Source of the DNA: Entomortierella parvispora E1425
Taxonomy: Eukaryota > Fungi > Mortierellomycota
Direction: 5' to 3'
DNA length: 64,000 bases
Assembly (NCBI GenBank): GCA_020891255.1
Contig: BQFW01000012.1
Location: 1 to 64,000, forward strand
Part shown: piece by piece, positions 62,101 to 64,000 of the stretch
How the letters are laid out: each line of letters begins with the position of its first letter
How positions within the stretch are numbered: position 1 is the stretch's first letter
Program-made: the position numbers and the translations under genes
Notes under the pieces: model-generated
Seen by the model: the letters and a program-made list of their open reading frames with translations, nothing else
Told to the model about the DNA's origin: nothing
Databases searched by the model: none

Positions 62101-62448
62101 ATGCAGAAAACCCTCGTATTGATGCTGTCGGCTGTCTTGTGCGCCAGCATGGTCGCAGCCGAATACGCAGTCCAGATCGCCAACAACAACGGATCAAAGT
62201 CTCTCAAGTTGACGGCTCCAGATGGTACCCGCCCCTGCATCTGTCTTGCCAGCACTCAGACTGCAACAATCAAGGGCATCAATGGAGGCAACATCAAGGT
62301 GTTCTCGTCAGTGGACTGCACTGGCAACTACCAGACCATCGGTAGCAACAGTGCCATCAGCAATGCCCAATGGGTCAACAGCATCTCCTTTGGCGCCTCG
62401 GGCTCGTCCAGCGGCCCTGGCAGCTGCCCCAACTGGTACAACAACTGA
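62101..62448 (+). CDS. Small secreted Cys-containing protein (115 aa), possibly beta/gamma-crystallin-like or killer-toxin-like fold
   Basis: Signal peptide MQKTLVLMLSAVLCASMVAA. 4 Cys in the mature part. KVFSSVDCTGNYQTI and WVNSISFG motifs. TATAAAA at 61916-61922 and a probable 5'UTR intron (GTAAGT at ~61988, CAG at ~62086). Confidence 0.85.
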   Translation: MQKTLVLMLSAVLCASMVAAEYAVQIANNNGSKSLKLTAPDGTRPCICLASTQTATIKGINGGNIKVFSSVDCTGNYQTIGSNSAISNAQWVNSISFGASGSSSGPGSCPNWYNN

Positions 62449-62773
62449 TTTCAATAAAAAAAAATCCTGTCGTCGGGACTGCAGTTGAACTTTGAGTTGA
62501 TTTCAGTCTGCTAGACATGTCATCCTGCTTCGGCTCTGCAGGATTACAGAAACTGTTGATAAAAACACCTGCAAAAGTCTGCCTTGAGAGAAAAAAACAA
62601 TGATCAATTGAAATGTCACGCATAGAAACAACCGCAAGAACATCTGGATGGTCAATTGAGGGGGAACAACGGAGACTCAGTTGAAGGATGAGTGTTTATG
62701 AATGCCAAAAAAAATATTATGGTGTGTATGATTATTACGTTCTAGTTTAAGGAGTTGGGGTAAAGATGGCAAG

Positions 62774-64000
62774 CTACACCACTTGGACGTTTTCGATCCA
62801 GTTCACCACATAGTTCCTGGCTTTAGGATCGGAAGTGAGTTTGACCGGATGAAGCATGCTTACGCCAGATGTCAGGTAGTTGCGCCAGTATTCACGGCCT
62901 CCACCAATCCATAGATACATTTCCTGCCAGCTCAACCAATTTTCAGGTGGCTCTACTGCAACAAGCGCCAATCCAACTGCCATTTCCAAGAAGACACTGT
63001 GCTTGGCAAATCGCTTGAGAACATCGGTCAACTCGACAGAGATCCTTGCTGGGACATAAACAGCGTCGCAATATGATCTAATGTCCGCTGGTCCGTCTAC
63101 TTTGGTGAATGCGGAAATCCTCTTCCGCTGCTCCTCCGTAAGAGATGTGGTGTCATTCCACATGGCAGTCGACTCCTGCTTCAACCAGTGCCAGTCACTT
63201 GGTGGTGGTTTGGCGCGGTCACGGATGTCATAGGTGTGGTCTGGGACCTGCTTCCACACCTTGTCCTGGTCAAACTTTGCAAGCTGGAACACATTCAGAG
63301 CCGTGTCGTCGTTGGTATAGAGGTAGCCCGAGTAGTTGGGAAACCTCTCCATTGCATCAGCAAGAGCTCGGTACGAGGATGTGAATCCCCCGTCATATGG
63401 CTCGACCTCGATGACTTGATCTCTGAGGTCGGTAGGGACCTGGGGCCCATAGACCTTGATATTGGGGAAGTACGGCTTGTAGATGGAAAGGAATGGTTCC
63501 AGAGCTTTGTAGTCGGGGTGATTGAAGTTCACAACCAGGAGAATGTCCTTAAATCGGTCTGATGGGTCGCTCTCCAAGCCGTTGGTGATTTGGATCCGGG
63601 ACATAGGTGGGTCAACATCTGCCTCTAGTTGGCACTGCTTCAAGGCATCACTGGAAAGCTGATGAGATTTTTGTGCTCGGACACGAGGTTCTTCATAGAG
63701 GTAGAGAGAGGCCTCGAACGCCTGAGGGTCGTAGTACGAGACTTTTGGGAAGATGTATCCTACGTTTTGAAGGTCCTTGACCCATCGCTTTGCAAGATCC
63801 ACATCCTCCAGTCCAATGAATTTGTTTTCTGCCATCCCCTCCATCAAGTCGATAATACGAGTTTCGAGATGTGTTGAAGTGGAGTTCCACGAGGAGAGAA
63901 AATCGATGAACTTTGAAGATTGCTCATAGATCTGAAGCTCGTCCATGTAGTCATCGAGGTAATTGTGGGCATTTCGAATCTGATCGACGGTAGGTTTGGT
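62774..64000 (-). CDS. STELLO-like (DUF288) putative glycosyltransferase, 5' part beyond the window
   Basis: Open frame to the window edge. VDQIRNAHNYLDDYMDELQIY...FLSSW...DVDLAKRWVKDLQNVGYIFP, then DILLVVNFNHP...SGYLYTNDDTALN (DxD-like). Confidence 0.75.
   Translation of the reverse strand, partial: TKPTVDQIRNAHNYLDDYMDELQIYEQSSKFIDFLSSWNSTSTHLETRIIDLMEGMAENKFIGLEDVDLAKRWVKDLQNVGYIFPKVSYYDPQAFEASLYLYEEPRVRAQKSHQLSSDALKQCQLEADVDPPMSRIQITNGLESDPSDRFKDILLVVNFNHPDYKALEPFLSIYKPYFPNIKVYGPQVPTDLRDQVIEVEPYDGGFTSSYRALADAMERFPNYSGYLYTNDDTALNVFQLAKFDQDKVWKQVPDHTYDIRDRAKPPPSDWHWLKQESTAMWNDTTSLTEEQRKRISAFTKVDGPADIRSYCDAVYVPARISVELTDVLKRFAKHSVFLEMAVGLALVAVEPPENWLSWQEMYLWIGGGREYWRNYLTSGVSMLHPVKLTSDPKARNYVVNWIENVQVV

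Overview
Left end of a eukaryotic (fungal) chromosome. Intron style, ~50% GC and gene content point to an early-diverging fungus, most likely Mortierellaceae (inference). The window opens with a telomere of irregular CCCTA(3-7) units, modal T6AG3 on the G strand. A short (~8 kb) subtelomere follows, with purine-rich degenerate duplications, an 18-bp minisatellite and an MDR oxidoreductase. The rest is gene-dense and spliced: SulP/SLC26, NAT9, multi-Myb, DHX29-like helicase, alpha-arrestin, MOCS2B, SEC1, myosin-motor chitin synthase, RPS0, MTC6-like, CNNM/MAM3, SPF30, EME1, PCID2, ProRS and a RING-CH ligase. It ends with a patch of small secreted genes and pseudogenes and a truncated STELLO-like gene. 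Best leads: (1) a secreted protein at 13107-13838 with a mature N-terminal His and LPMO-like second-His and axial-Tyr motifs that I cannot place in a named AA family; (2) an uncharacterised secreted protein at 8303-8836; (3) a STAS-less SulP with a ~270-aa insert; (4) the telomere and junction structure; (5) ApT/ATGCAT-dense promoter islands that may be 6mA clusters. All exon boundaries and family calls were made by eye with no database search.
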